A DNA stretch of 55,690 nucleotides, from positions 1 to 55,690 of the IMG/VR virus record IMGVR_UViG_3300049259_000141. One strand, given 5' to 3'. The notes under the pieces were generated by a model. The model did not search any database. It was not told the origin of the DNA and saw nothing but the letters and a program-made list of their open reading frames with translations. Position numbers and translations under genes: made by a program. Of this stretch, positions 45,768 to 54,469 are shown in pieces. Each line of letters begins with the position of its first letter. Positions within the stretch are counted from its first letter, which is position 1. This DNA is from a virus. Lineage: Duplodnaviria; Caudoviricetes.

Positions 45768-47344
45768 CGGACGTGAAAGAAACGCCGAAGCGCACCGCGA
45801 TGCAGGTCGCGCTCGACGCCGAGAGGATGGCGCGACAGGCACTCGACGGCGGTGAGGGGCCCGATTTCACCGGACCGTTCGACCAGCTGCGCGAGCGCGT
45901 CAGTGAGTTGCTCGCCTGGCGGGACGGCTTCCTTGGTGCTGACGGCCCCAGGGGTGTACTGAAGGCGGCCGAGCGGGGCGAATCCAACGCCCTGACGCTG
46001 CGCGAGCTGGTCAAGGACGTCGGCGACATCCGGGTGACCGTTCAGAAGCTGGTCAACTTGGTGCCCGCCGACCTCTGGTCCGGCCGGGGTGGCGCGCTGG
46101 CGACACGACAGCAGGTCGACGCAACCATTGACGCGACCCTTGCCGTCGACGAACGGCTGCGCAACGTCGAGGAGTGGCAGGCGGCCGAGCTGGACGAAGA
46201 CAACGCGGACAACGTCGGCGCGCTGCGCGAGCGGGTCGCAGCCCTGCAACACGACCTGGCCTCCTACGCCAACGCCGGCGTCGTCGACCACATGATCCAA
46301 CAGCTGCGCGAGCGCGTCGACATGGTGGAGCGCAAAACCCACGGAATGAATGGCCCCCGATCGGCGCAGGGCGACGCGCCGCACGTGCTGGGGTTGATCG
46401 CGCGGCTTCAGAAGCTCGTACACGAGATCGCCAAGGGTCGCGAGTTCAAGGCCGAAAACCAGCGCGGTGAGACAACACAGCGCTACAGCTTCCGGGGCAT
46501 CGACGAAGCCCAGAACGCGATCGGCTCGGCGCAGCGCGAGATCGGTCTGATCGGCCCCAAGGTGACGATCGTCGAAAAGGCGGTTAGCACCACCGAGGTC
46601 AACAAGGGCAGCTACACGCAGGTGTGGACCACAGTTAGCGTGACCGCGCGCTACACCTTCCAGTCCCCGATCGACGGCTCGGAGTGGTCGACCGAGGGCT
46701 GCGGTATGGGGCGCGACCTGGGCGACAAGGCCGAGTCGAAGGCTCTGGCCGGTGCGTTCAAATACGCCCTGTTTCACGGCCTGAACATCCCCGTGAAGGG
46801 CGTTTTCATCGACGCCGAGACCGAGGACCCGCGAATCGAGCGCGAGCACGAGCAGCCGAGCGAGCAGGGGCGCACCTACGGCCACGGCCAGCCGCCGACG
46901 CAGACGGCCGAGGACCGCGAGCGCGCGGCGTGGCGTGATCAGGCAGGCTCGACCCCGGGGCCGGTGGACCAAGATGGCCGGGACGGCTTCGACGGCGGTG
47001 ATATTTCGCGACGCACCGGCCGGTCGCCGGCGGAGCGGCTCGACAACTGGACCGGCGAGGAGCCGCCGCAGGACGTGCAGGCCGCTGCCCGTGCGGAGCG
47101 GCAGACCGCGCAGCGCGAGCCGGACAAGCGGTCGCCCGAGGAGCTGGCCCGCGACGCGCTGAACGCGGTGCGTCGGGCGGCCAACGCCAACGAGGCGGCC
47201 AGCGTGTGGAACTGGATCTACCAGCGCCAGCTGCTCGCGGTGCCGGTCGACGGGGTACCGGTCGGACAGCACATGCTGGCCGCTATCCGCCTGCTACCCG
47301 GCGGCGGCCAGGTCGAGTTGCCCGGGTGGGGGCAGTTCCGGTGA
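45764..47344 (+). CDS. erf: ERF-family single-strand annealing protein with long N-terminal coiled coil
   Basis: 'YSFRGIDE...GMGRDLGDKAESKALAGAFKYALFHGLNIP'. Confidence 0.85.
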   Translation: MTDVKETPKRTAMQVALDAERMARQALDGGEGPDFTGPFDQLRERVSELLAWRDGFLGADGPRGVLKAAERGESNALTLRELVKDVGDIRVTVQKLVNLVPADLWSGRGGALATRQQVDATIDATLAVDERLRNVEEWQAAELDEDNADNVGALRERVAALQHDLASYANAGVVDHMIQQLRERVDMVERKTHGMNGPRSAQGDAPHVLGLIARLQKLVHEIAKGREFKAENQRGETTQRYSFRGIDEAQNAIGSAQREIGLIGPKVTIVEKAVSTTEVNKGSYTQVWTTVSVTARYTFQSPIDGSEWSTEGCGMGRDLGDKAESKALAGAFKYALFHGLNIPVKGVFIDAETEDPRIEREHEQPSEQGRTYGHGQPPTQTAEDRERAAWRDQAGSTPGPVDQDGRDGFDGGDISRRTGRSPAERLDNWTGEEPPQDVQAAARAERQTAQREPDKRSPEELARDALNAVRRAANANEAASVWNWIYQRQLLAVPVDGVPVGQHMLAAIRLLPGGGQVELPGWGQFR

Positions 47345-48006
47345 CCGACGCCATGGGCCACGCCGAGGCCGTGCAGCGCGCGCTGATTGCCGTGCTGCGC
47401 GACTCGGGGCACGATGTCGACGACTGCCTGAACTTTCACGGCACGTCAAGGCCGCCCCAGGTGCGGGCCGACAGTGACGGTACCCAACTGGCCGTGTGCG
47501 GCTGTGGCGTGGTCGCGGAGATTCCGGGCGGCCTCGAAGTGCAGCTGCGCGGCCGGGGCCTCACCCCGGATGCGCAGCCGCCGACCGCCGCCGACCCGGT
47601 GCAGCCCGGACTCCCGCTGATCGACCCGTCCGAGATCGCCACGCCCGAGCAGCTCGAAGCGCACCTGCTGGACGTGATCCAGCGACTGGAGACGGGCCAG
47701 CTGTTCGAACGGGAGTGCATCGAGGCCGAATACTCGGCCCGGCTGGCGTGGGAGTTGGCGAAGGCGAGGCAGATCGCGAAGGGCGGCGCGGCGGCGGACG
47801 TCCGCATGGCTGCCGCGCTGGCCGAGCACGGCGACCTGTATGAGGCGTATCTGCGGGCCGAGATGATGCGCAAGGCGACGCAGGCCGCTATGCACAATTG
47901 TCGCTCGATGCTGTCGGGCTATCAGACGGTGGCCCGCTCGGTGCTGACGACCTATCAGGCCGGCGGCTCACCGGGTCCGAACAGCCAGCCGCAGAGGGGA
48001 CGCTAA
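47341..48006 (+). CDS. helical hypothetical protein (possible recombination accessory factor)
   Basis: C-terminal long amphipathic helices, adjacent to ERF. Confidence 0.55.
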   Translation: MTDAMGHAEAVQRALIAVLRDSGHDVDDCLNFHGTSRPPQVRADSDGTQLAVCGCGVVAEIPGGLEVQLRGRGLTPDAQPPTAADPVQPGLPLIDPSEIATPEQLEAHLLDVIQRLETGQLFERECIEAEYSARLAWELAKARQIAKGGAAADVRMAAALAEHGDLYEAYLRAEMMRKATQAAMHNCRSMLSGYQTVARSVLTTYQAGGSPGPNSQPQRGR

Positions 48007-48230
48007 TGGAAATGACCCCCGACTACGGGCTGCCGTACGGCTGCAACTGCGACGGCATCACCGGGCGACCGGGGCGCGGTTGCCCTTCGCACGTCGGGCC
48101 GAAGCGCACTTCCCGGACTTACCGCCGCTGCGACACGTGCTCGGCCGCTGGTCACCGCCATCCGGCCAGCGGCTGCGCCCTGTCCAACTGCCCGTGCTGC
48201 GCGCGAGGCGCTCGAACGAAAGGAATCTGA
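48006..48230 (+). CDS. small Cys-rich protein
   Basis: 74 aa, 9 Cys, TAATG overlap with the upstream gene. Confidence 0.5.
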   Translation: MEMTPDYGLPYGCNCDGITGRPGRGCPSHVGPKRTSRTYRRCDTCSAAGHRHPASGCALSNCPCCARGARTKGI

Positions 48231-48232
48231 CC

Positions 48233-48619
48233 ATGGGCTGGTGCAGTGCGACGGAGATCATGGACCGGGCCTTGAAGACAGCCGAGGAGGCCGTGCTCGC
48301 CGGAGTGGCAGTGGTTGTCGGCGGCGGCTCACCCGGAGCGCACGAATGGTTGCTCGCAAACGAACCCGAAGCCCTCGACAAGGCCTTGTCGCCGTTCGTC
48401 GTCGAATTGGCTGCCGTGCTGCGCGACGGTGACTGGGACTGCATCGAGGAATCGGAATACTTCGACCGATTCACGCAAGAAATGTTCGGCCACACCGACG
48501 ACGAACATCGGGCGTGGCTGGTCGAGCAAATCAAAGACTTCGCCGACGACGACCAGACCGATCAGGTAATCGCGTGGTCGAAGCGGCTGGCCGAGTTCCA
48601 ACGGAAGACAGGAAACTGA
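48233..48619 (+). CDS. hypothetical protein
   Basis: 'MGWCSATEI...LRDGDWDCIEESEY', GAAAGGA SD. Confidence 0.7.
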   Translation: MGWCSATEIMDRALKTAEEAVLAGVAVVVGGGSPGAHEWLLANEPEALDKALSPFVVELAAVLRDGDWDCIEESEYFDRFTQEMFGHTDDEHRAWLVEQIKDFADDDQTDQVIAWSKRLAEFQRKTGN

Positions 48620-48622
48620 TCA

Positions 48623-49207
48623 ATGGGTGCGTTGAAAGTGAGCGGTGTGTGCCGCCTCGGGGCCGACCCCGACCTGAAGTTCACACCGTCGGGGGCGGCC
48701 GTCTGCTCGGCGCGCGCGATCTTCCAGGACCGTTACCTCGACCGGCAGACCAACGAATGGAAGGACGGCACCGCGCAGTGGGTCACGCTGACCGCGTGGC
48801 GGCAGCTGGCCGAGAACATGGCCGAGTCGTTCAAGAAGGGCGACGACGTTGTCGTTCTCGACGGAACGCTGGCCGTCCGCGAGTTCGAGCTGCGCGACGG
48901 CGGCAAGGGCTACTCGGTCGACATCACGGTGCGCGACCTGGGCCCGTCGATCCGGTTCCATGCGGCCAAGTCGGCACGCGTGGACCGACAGTACGACGGG
49001 CCGGCGGCCGGTCAGGGCGACCCGTGGAATGAGCCGCCGCAGGACAACCGCCAGCGGCCGCAGCCGGCGCAGCGCGGCACGTGGCAGGGATCGGGCCAGC
49101 CGGTGAACCAGCGGCAGGCTCGCGCCGATCAGCGCGCGGCGCAGTCGGTCGGCACGTTCCCGGATGAGCCGCCGTTCTTCCACCGCACCCCCGGTTTCCA
49201 GCCGTGA
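48623..49207 (+). CDS. ssb: single-stranded DNA-binding protein
   Basis: 'RLGADPDLKFTPSGAAVC...TAWRQLAENMAESFKKGD', tail 'DEPPF'. Confidence 0.95.
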   Translation: MGALKVSGVCRLGADPDLKFTPSGAAVCSARAIFQDRYLDRQTNEWKDGTAQWVTLTAWRQLAENMAESFKKGDDVVVLDGTLAVREFELRDGGKGYSVDITVRDLGPSIRFHAAKSARVDRQYDGPAAGQGDPWNEPPQDNRQRPQPAQRGTWQGSGQPVNQRQARADQRAAQSVGTFPDEPPFFHRTPGFQP

Positions 49208-49476
49208 GCGGCGAGCGGCTGGTGGTGACCGGAAACGAGGTGGGGATCACCTCGGCCGAGCAGGCTGAGCTTGACAACCTGTTCAGCTATCACGCGCCGG
49301 TCGGCGACCAGGTCGATCGTTACGGGGTCATTCGCGCGCAGGCGCGACAGCTGGCCCGGGTGATCATGGCCTATTCGCACGACAGCGAGGAACGGCGTCA
49401 GGCCTTGTTCGCCGTGCGCGCTGCGGTGATGTGGGCAAACGCGGGGATCGCGTGCAACGAAGTGACCGATGAGTAG
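49204..49476 (+). CDS. Acb2/Tad1-like helical-hairpin protein (candidate signalling-nucleotide sponge)
   Basis: 'LDNLFSYHAP...RYGVIRAQARQLA...SEERRQALFAVRAAVMWANAGIACN'. Confidence 0.65.
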   Translation: MSGERLVVTGNEVGITSAEQAELDNLFSYHAPVGDQVDRYGVIRAQARQLARVIMAYSHDSEERRQALFAVRAAVMWANAGIACNEVTDE

Positions 49477-49622
49477 GCACCGCTCGGGGGCCGGTCGCCA
49501 TGGCGGCGGCCGGCCCTGGCGCGTGCCGCGCATTCTGCGACACGTGGGCGGTGGGCATCGGCGAGGTGTCGGCTGCCTGGGTTGGCTGATGGTCGGCCTT
49601 ACGGTGGCCGTCGTACTGCTTG

Positions 49623-49651
49623 TTGACACCCACTAGTTGGAGGCGTAGCGT
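49623..49651 (+). promoter_or_regulatory. promoter (GTTGACACCC family), probably leaderless transcript
   Basis: TTGACA-17-TAGCGT, ATG at 49659. Confidence 0.75.
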
Positions 49652-49658
49652 CATCGCC

Positions 49659-49925
49659 ATGACAAAGACGGTACTCGACCCCACGCTCTACCTGGTGCAG
49701 CAGATCGCCGAGCTGGACATCACGCTGCGCGCCGTCAACAGCACCGACAACCAGGGCGAACCCTGCCAGCACTGCCAGGTCCTCGACCACCACAACGCCG
49801 TCACGCTGCACGGCTTCGGCCCCGACGGCGAGGCGGGCACGGCTGACTGCTGCGTGCACTGCATCCCGGCCGCCAGCGAGTGGTTCAACCCGCTGTACTC
49901 GATGGTCGCCGAGGTGGCCCGGTGA
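49659..49925 (+). CDS. hypothetical Zn-binding protein
   Basis: CQHC and CCVHC motifs. Confidence 0.65.
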   Translation: MTKTVLDPTLYLVQQIAELDITLRAVNSTDNQGEPCQHCQVLDHHNAVTLHGFGPDGEAGTADCCVHCIPAASEWFNPLYSMVAEVAR

Positions 49926-50200
49926 CCGATCCGGCCACCGTTCCTGGCTACGGGGACGCCCTGGCCGCCCTCGAAGAATGGCAGCACCAGGCCGGCATGG
50001 ACGGCTCGTGCTGGTGCTGGTCCAACGACCACGTGGAGTCGGCCGTCGCTTTGATCATGCTCGTGGCTCGGCCGCACATGCAGGCCGAACTGTTCGCCGA
50101 CCTGTCGGACAAGCTGGCCGACGACGGCTTCGAGCAGGTGTCGCTGATCCTGGACCACACCAGCCACGAACTTCGAAGGAGGCTCGATGGACACCGTTGA
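49922..50200 (+). CDS. hypothetical protein
   Basis: GTGA-coupled, 92 aa. Confidence 0.6.
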   Translation: MTDPATVPGYGDALAALEEWQHQAGMDGSCWCWSNDHVESAVALIMLVARPHMQAELFADLSDKLADDGFEQVSLILDHTSHELRRRLDGHR

Positions 50201-51119
50201 GCTGAAGCCCACCCGGCTGTGGTCGCGCGGCACGGTCGAGGTCGCCCTGTTCGAGGATGTGCGGCAAGGGCCCGCGTTCGCCGAGCTGGTGAACGGCCGA
50301 TGGGCCCCCGATGACAAGGTGCCGGCCGTGTGGCTCCCCTCGGCCGGGAACCTCAAGCCTCGACTGACCGTCGGTGACTGGCTGGTGCGACAGGGCACAC
50401 GCTTCGAGGTGCTCTCGCCGGCGATCTACGCGGAGCGGTACGAGCCGGCGGGCGGTGAGGTTGCGTCGCTGGAAAGCATTGCCGGCACGCTGCCAGACCC
50501 CGTCGACTTCCGCCGTCGTGTGCTCGAAGCGGCCCGGCGCAGCTACGCCGATGCGGTCGACGGCCAGGAAGTGCACACCGTCGAAGACACCTTCGAGGTG
50601 CAGCGCATGCTGGCCAAGACTCGTGAGCTGGCCCGGCAGTACGCCAGCACCTTCACTGCGGTGGACAAGGCCCTGGCCGAGTTTCAGCGTGACCAGCTCG
50701 AACTGCTGCCGGCGGGACCCGGCGCGGTGAAGATTCCCGACGCCGAGGGTGATGTCACGGTCCAGCTGGACCAAACCAACAGCTACAGCTTCGATGAGGA
50801 GCAGCTGTCTTCGGTGATTGCGGCCGAGATGATGCCGCCCGACATGCTGCTGCACTTGATCAACTTGATCGAGGATGCCCAGGACGAACACCAGCAGCTC
50901 AATGACGTGGCCGCATGGCTGGCCGAGATGATCACCTCGGTTATTGGCCGAGTGCGCAGCCTGGGCAATGTGACGGTGCAGGTCACCAAGGTCCGTGCGT
51001 TCGCCGACCAGCTCGCGCGAGACGGACAACTGGGACTGTCCGGTGTGGTCCGGGATGCCATCATCAAGACGACCACGACGAAGCCGGGTGCGAAGTTCAC
51101 CCGCAAGGAGGCGAAGTGA
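50187..51119 (+). CDS. hypothetical two-domain protein
   Basis: 310 aa, GGAGG SD. Confidence 0.7.
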   Translation: MDTVELKPTRLWSRGTVEVALFEDVRQGPAFAELVNGRWAPDDKVPAVWLPSAGNLKPRLTVGDWLVRQGTRFEVLSPAIYAERYEPAGGEVASLESIAGTLPDPVDFRRRVLEAARRSYADAVDGQEVHTVEDTFEVQRMLAKTRELARQYASTFTAVDKALAEFQRDQLELLPAGPGAVKIPDAEGDVTVQLDQTNSYSFDEEQLSSVIAAEMMPPDMLLHLINLIEDAQDEHQQLNDVAAWLAEMITSVIGRVRSLGNVTVQVTKVRAFADQLARDGQLGLSGVVRDAIIKTTTTKPGAKFTRKEAK

Positions 51120-51625
51120 CCGAGAACGAGAACGCCGGTTGGGCCGGCGACCGCTACGGCCTGGCCAAGCCGGACGTGCCCGCCGGGCACCAGGCGACGC
51201 TGCGGCCCGTCGAGGGCAGCGACGTGCCGCAGGTGTCCATCGAGCCGGTGCCGGACAACCCCGAGCCGGACATGAGCGAACCGACCACCAAGGCCTCGGT
51301 CGACGCGCACACGGCCACTCAGGCCGAGGTGGCGCAGGCCTTTGCCGCCGAGCACGACAGCCAGTTGCAGGCCCGGCAGGACGCCGAGGTTGCGGCCGCC
51401 GGGGAGCCGGCGAACATCGGCACCGACGGGAAGCCGCACTTCCCGCTGATCACCGAGCGCGAGAAGAACGACCCGAGCGAGCCCGACCACAACCCGGCCG
51501 AATGCGGGACCTGCGGCACTGAGTGGCCGTGCGAGCAGGCGAAGGAGATCGAGCGCCAGCAGGCCGAGGCGCGCGGCGAGCAGCCGGTGCAGGTACAGCA
51601 GCCGGACACCCCGGAAACGCCGTGA
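51116..51625 (+). CDS. acidic protein with C-terminal Zn site
   Basis: H...CGTCGTEWPC motif. Confidence 0.65.
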   Translation: MTENENAGWAGDRYGLAKPDVPAGHQATLRPVEGSDVPQVSIEPVPDNPEPDMSEPTTKASVDAHTATQAEVAQAFAAEHDSQLQARQDAEVAAAGEPANIGTDGKPHFPLITEREKNDPSEPDHNPAECGTCGTEWPCEQAKEIERQQAEARGEQPVQVQQPDTPETP

Positions 51626-51777
51626 ACGCGCACGAGCTGATGCAGCTGCTTGCCGACACCGAACTGCCGGAGGCCGAAGTGTTCATGCGCTCGACGTCAT
51701 CCGGCGACGATCCGGTCAGCGCTGTCGAAGCGAACGTCGACCGTGGATTCATCATGCTGATCGGCTCGGACAGCTGA
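51622..51777 (+). CDS. hypothetical protein
   Basis: 51 aa, coupled at both ends. Confidence 0.5.
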   Translation: MNAHELMQLLADTELPEAEVFMRSTSSGDDPVSAVEANVDRGFIMLIGSDS

Positions 51778-52022
51778 TGTCGGCCGAGCAGGTGGACAGA
51801 GTTGCCCGGTCGCTGCTGCGCACCGAACTGCTGCTGCGCCTGCTCGACAGCGACCGCAGGCCGGACACCGTCGAGCAGACGGTGTCCGGCCTGCGGATCG
51901 AACTGGCCTTGCAGCGCGACAACGTGTGGCTACAGCTGGACGAGTTGGGCCTGCCGGAGCCGGAGCCGCCGGCGCTGACCGCGCGTCCGCCGATGCGGCC
52001 GAATCCGGATGCGCTTTTCTAG
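51777..52022 (+). CDS. hypothetical protein
   Basis: 81 aa, last gene of the plus-strand block. Confidence 0.55.
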   Translation: MSAEQVDRVARSLLRTELLLRLLDSDRRPDTVEQTVSGLRIELALQRDNVWLQLDELGLPEPEPPALTARPPMRPNPDALF

Positions 52023-52369
52023 TCGGCGCGTCCGTCGCTCACCGGCCCCGGCGGCACGGCCGAGGCGACGCGTCCGGTGAGCGGGTACACCGGCGGCGTG
52101 TTCGATCCGAGCACGATGACGGTGAGCCAGGCGGGCAGCATCGGTTCGATCTTGCGCATCAGGGCGTACCAGGCGCTGGCGAGCACGGCGGCGACGGCCG
52201 GCCCGAAGCCGATCACATTTGCGGGATCGATGAGCTGGGCCACGCCCGGGATCAGCGACACCAGGTAGGTGATCAGGGCCCCCCACAGCACCGGAACCAC
52301 GGTGCGAATGAGGCTCAGCACGTAGTCGGACACGGCCTGTCCGGGCTGGTAGGGCGGGATCGGTGTCAT
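52019..52369 (-). CDS. holin
   Basis: 'SLIRTVVPVLWGALITYL...AWYALMRKIEP...WLTVIVLGS', 2-3 TM segments, end of the tail operon. Confidence 0.7.
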   Translation of the reverse strand: MTPIPPYQPGQAVSDYVLSLIRTVVPVLWGALITYLVSLIPGVAQLIDPANVIGFGPAVAAVLASAWYALMRKIEPMLPAWLTVIVLGSNTPPVYPLTGRVASAVPPGPVSDGRAD

Positions 52370-52385
52370 GGTTTTGTCCCCTTCG

Positions 52386-53195
52386 CTAGCTTGGGATGCA
52401 GGTCCAGATAGTGACCGACTTGTGCCCGAGGGGATTGGACGGATCATCCACCCGCACCCCGTCGAGCTGTGTGAACTTGCCTTTGCCGGCGCACAGGATG
52501 TCCGGGCTCTGTGCGGCCGCTGTGTTGAACGCGTCCATGATGTCCTGCGCCGTCGGTGCCGGCCCCGGCGGACCCGTATCGCCCTTCGGCCCGGCGGGCC
52601 CGGTAGCGCCAGGCTGGCCGGGCGTGCCGGCCGCCCCCGGCTGGCCGTCGGTGCCGTTCTTCGGCGGGTTGACGGCCAGGTAGGCGGCGACGGCGTTTGC
52701 GATCTGCGTTGGGGTCACCTGCGGCGGCGGATTGGACGCGTAGTAGCCGGCGACGGCAGCCGCAATGCTGGCGGCGGTCGGCGGGGTGCTGACCGTCGGC
52801 GGCAGGCTGGCCAGCACCTTCGCCGTGGCGGCCGCCACGATGGTGTCAGTCGACTGTGTGTCGGTCGGCTTCGGCACCGGCACCGTCGGCTGCCCGCGCT
52901 GCTTCAGCTGCTCGTTGGCCGCCTGCGCCGCTGTATACGCGTCGTCGGCGCGCTTCTTGATCTCGGCCTGCGTCTGCACCTGCGCCGCCGTGGCCGCCCG
53001 CTGATCGGCGATCTGGGACAGCGCTATCGAGCTGATACCGACCGACACGGCGACTGCGAAGACCGAGGCGATGAAGGCGGCTTTCCAGACGAACGAGGTG
53101 TTCGCCTTCCGGCCGAGAGCGTTCCCGAGGGTGGTCGCGGCGGCGCTGGCGACGACCGCGTTCTCCTCCATGGAGTTCCGATGCTGCTCGCTCAC
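52386..53195 (-). CDS. membrane-anchored protein with coiled coil and collagen-like repeat
   Basis: N-terminal TM, G-X-Y run 'GTDGQPGAAGTPGQPGATGPAGPKGDTGPPGPA', two C-terminal Cys. Confidence 0.75.
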   Translation of the reverse strand: MSEQHRNSMEENAVVASAAATTLGNALGRKANTSFVWKAAFIASVFAVAVSVGISSIALSQIADQRAATAAQVQTQAEIKKRADDAYTAAQAANEQLKQRGQPTVPVPKPTDTQSTDTIVAAATAKVLASLPPTVSTPPTAASIAAAVAGYYASNPPPQVTPTQIANAVAAYLAVNPPKNGTDGQPGAAGTPGQPGATGPAGPKGDTGPPGPAPTAQDIMDAFNTAAAQSPDILCAGKGKFTQLDGVRVDDPSNPLGHKSVTIWTCIPS

Positions 53196-53635
53196 GGCCT
53201 GTCACCCCCGTTGAGCTTGGTGCGCAACTCCTCGACATGCGCACGGCACCGGCCGAGGTCGGCGTTCGCCCGGTTGGCCACTCGACGCGCCTCTTCCAGC
53301 TCCACCATTGCCTGCTCGTACCTCGCCCGTAGTGCCCGCGTTTCCGCTCGTGCCTCGACGGCCTCGGCGCTCTCTCGCCGGGCCTGCTCGATGATCGCAG
53401 TCACCGAGGCGTGCAGCACATCGGTAGGCCCAACTGAGGAAGACGGTACCCCCTGCGGGAGGGCGGCAGTGGCTTTGGCGTCGTTGTCAATCTCCCGTTT
53501 ACGCTTCTTGCGGGCGCGCCTCTCTCCGCCCTGCAAGATGGCACCGGCGATTGAGCCCGCGACCGTGAGCCCGGCGACGACCACGATTACCCACGGGGGC
53601 TGGCCACTCAAGTCGGGCAGGGAATCCGCTGCCAT
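53192..53635 (-). CDS. membrane protein with coiled coil (lysis cassette)
   Basis: N-terminal TM followed by a charged coiled coil. Confidence 0.7.
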   Translation of the reverse strand: MAADSLPDLSGQPPWVIVVVAGLTVAGSIAGAILQGGERRARKKRKREIDNDAKATAALPQGVPSSSVGPTDVLHASVTAIIEQARRESAEAVEARAETRALRARYEQAMVELEEARRVANRANADLGRCRAHVEELRTKLNGGDRP

Positions 53636-53694
53636 CACCGTCCATCGATCCACAGGGGCAGTGTCACATATCTTGACGGTGCGTCACCGCGCGC

Positions 53695-54459
53695 TCAATC
53701 GGAGTAGACGGTCAGCGCGGAGCAAGCGCAGTAGATGAAGCCGGTGCCGGTCAGCACCTGGGCCTCGACATACACCTGTGCGTCGAGGTGGCCACGGAAC
53801 GCGCTCACATCCATCGTGGTGTCGAAAATGACATTGCCGGACGCCGGCACCGGATGCCACGGGCCGACAACGTCGACAGCGCCGTCAATGCTGTGCATTC
53901 GCACCTGCGCGGTAACGCCGGCGTCGGTGAGAGCCCACAGCTTATAGTGCATGACAACACCAGTGCCCGAGTAGCGGCCCTCGAATAGGGTCCACACCGT
54001 GGTGGTGTTCGTCTTGGCGAAGTTGGCCGTAATACCATCGACCTTATTCATGGGGATCTGTTGGCGGGGGAAACTGATGCCGCCCTTATTCCTAGACTCC
54101 CCGAGCAGGGCCTGACCGTCCCAACTGGTCACTGCGATGGTCTGCCGCAGCGGTGATGCCGGATTGCGGTCGTACATCGAAATGGCGGTCATGTGCGTGG
54201 GGTCGTCGCGGACCAGAGAGAAACCCCTCTGCGCCACACCGCCCATGTTCGGGTCGGCCGGCAGGAATTCACCGATCCATAGGAAGTTTACCTTCGACCC
54301 GTCCACGTTGGTGTAGTTTCCGTACCACTTCATCAGACCCTTGGGGATGACCGCATTCACCAAGGGGTTGTTCCGCATGATCTGGTCAGCCAGCTGCTGA
54401 GCATAGGCGATGTTGTCGACCATGCTCGGCGGATACGGGGTGAACTGCGGGTATGTCAT
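53695..54459 (-). CDS. minor tail protein
   Basis: 254 aa beta-rich, after the baseplate hub-like gene. Confidence 0.65.
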   Translation of the reverse strand: MTYPQFTPYPPSMVDNIAYAQQLADQIMRNNPLVNAVIPKGLMKWYGNYTNVDGSKVNFLWIGEFLPADPNMGGVAQRGFSLVRDDPTHMTAISMYDRNPASPLRQTIAVTSWDGQALLGESRNKGGISFPRQQIPMNKVDGITANFAKTNTTTVWTLFEGRYSGTGVVMHYKLWALTDAGVTAQVRMHSIDGAVDVVGPWHPVPASGNVIFDTTMDVSAFRGHLDAQVYVEAQVLTGTGFIYCACSALTVYSD

Positions 54460-54469
54460 CGGCGTCCCC

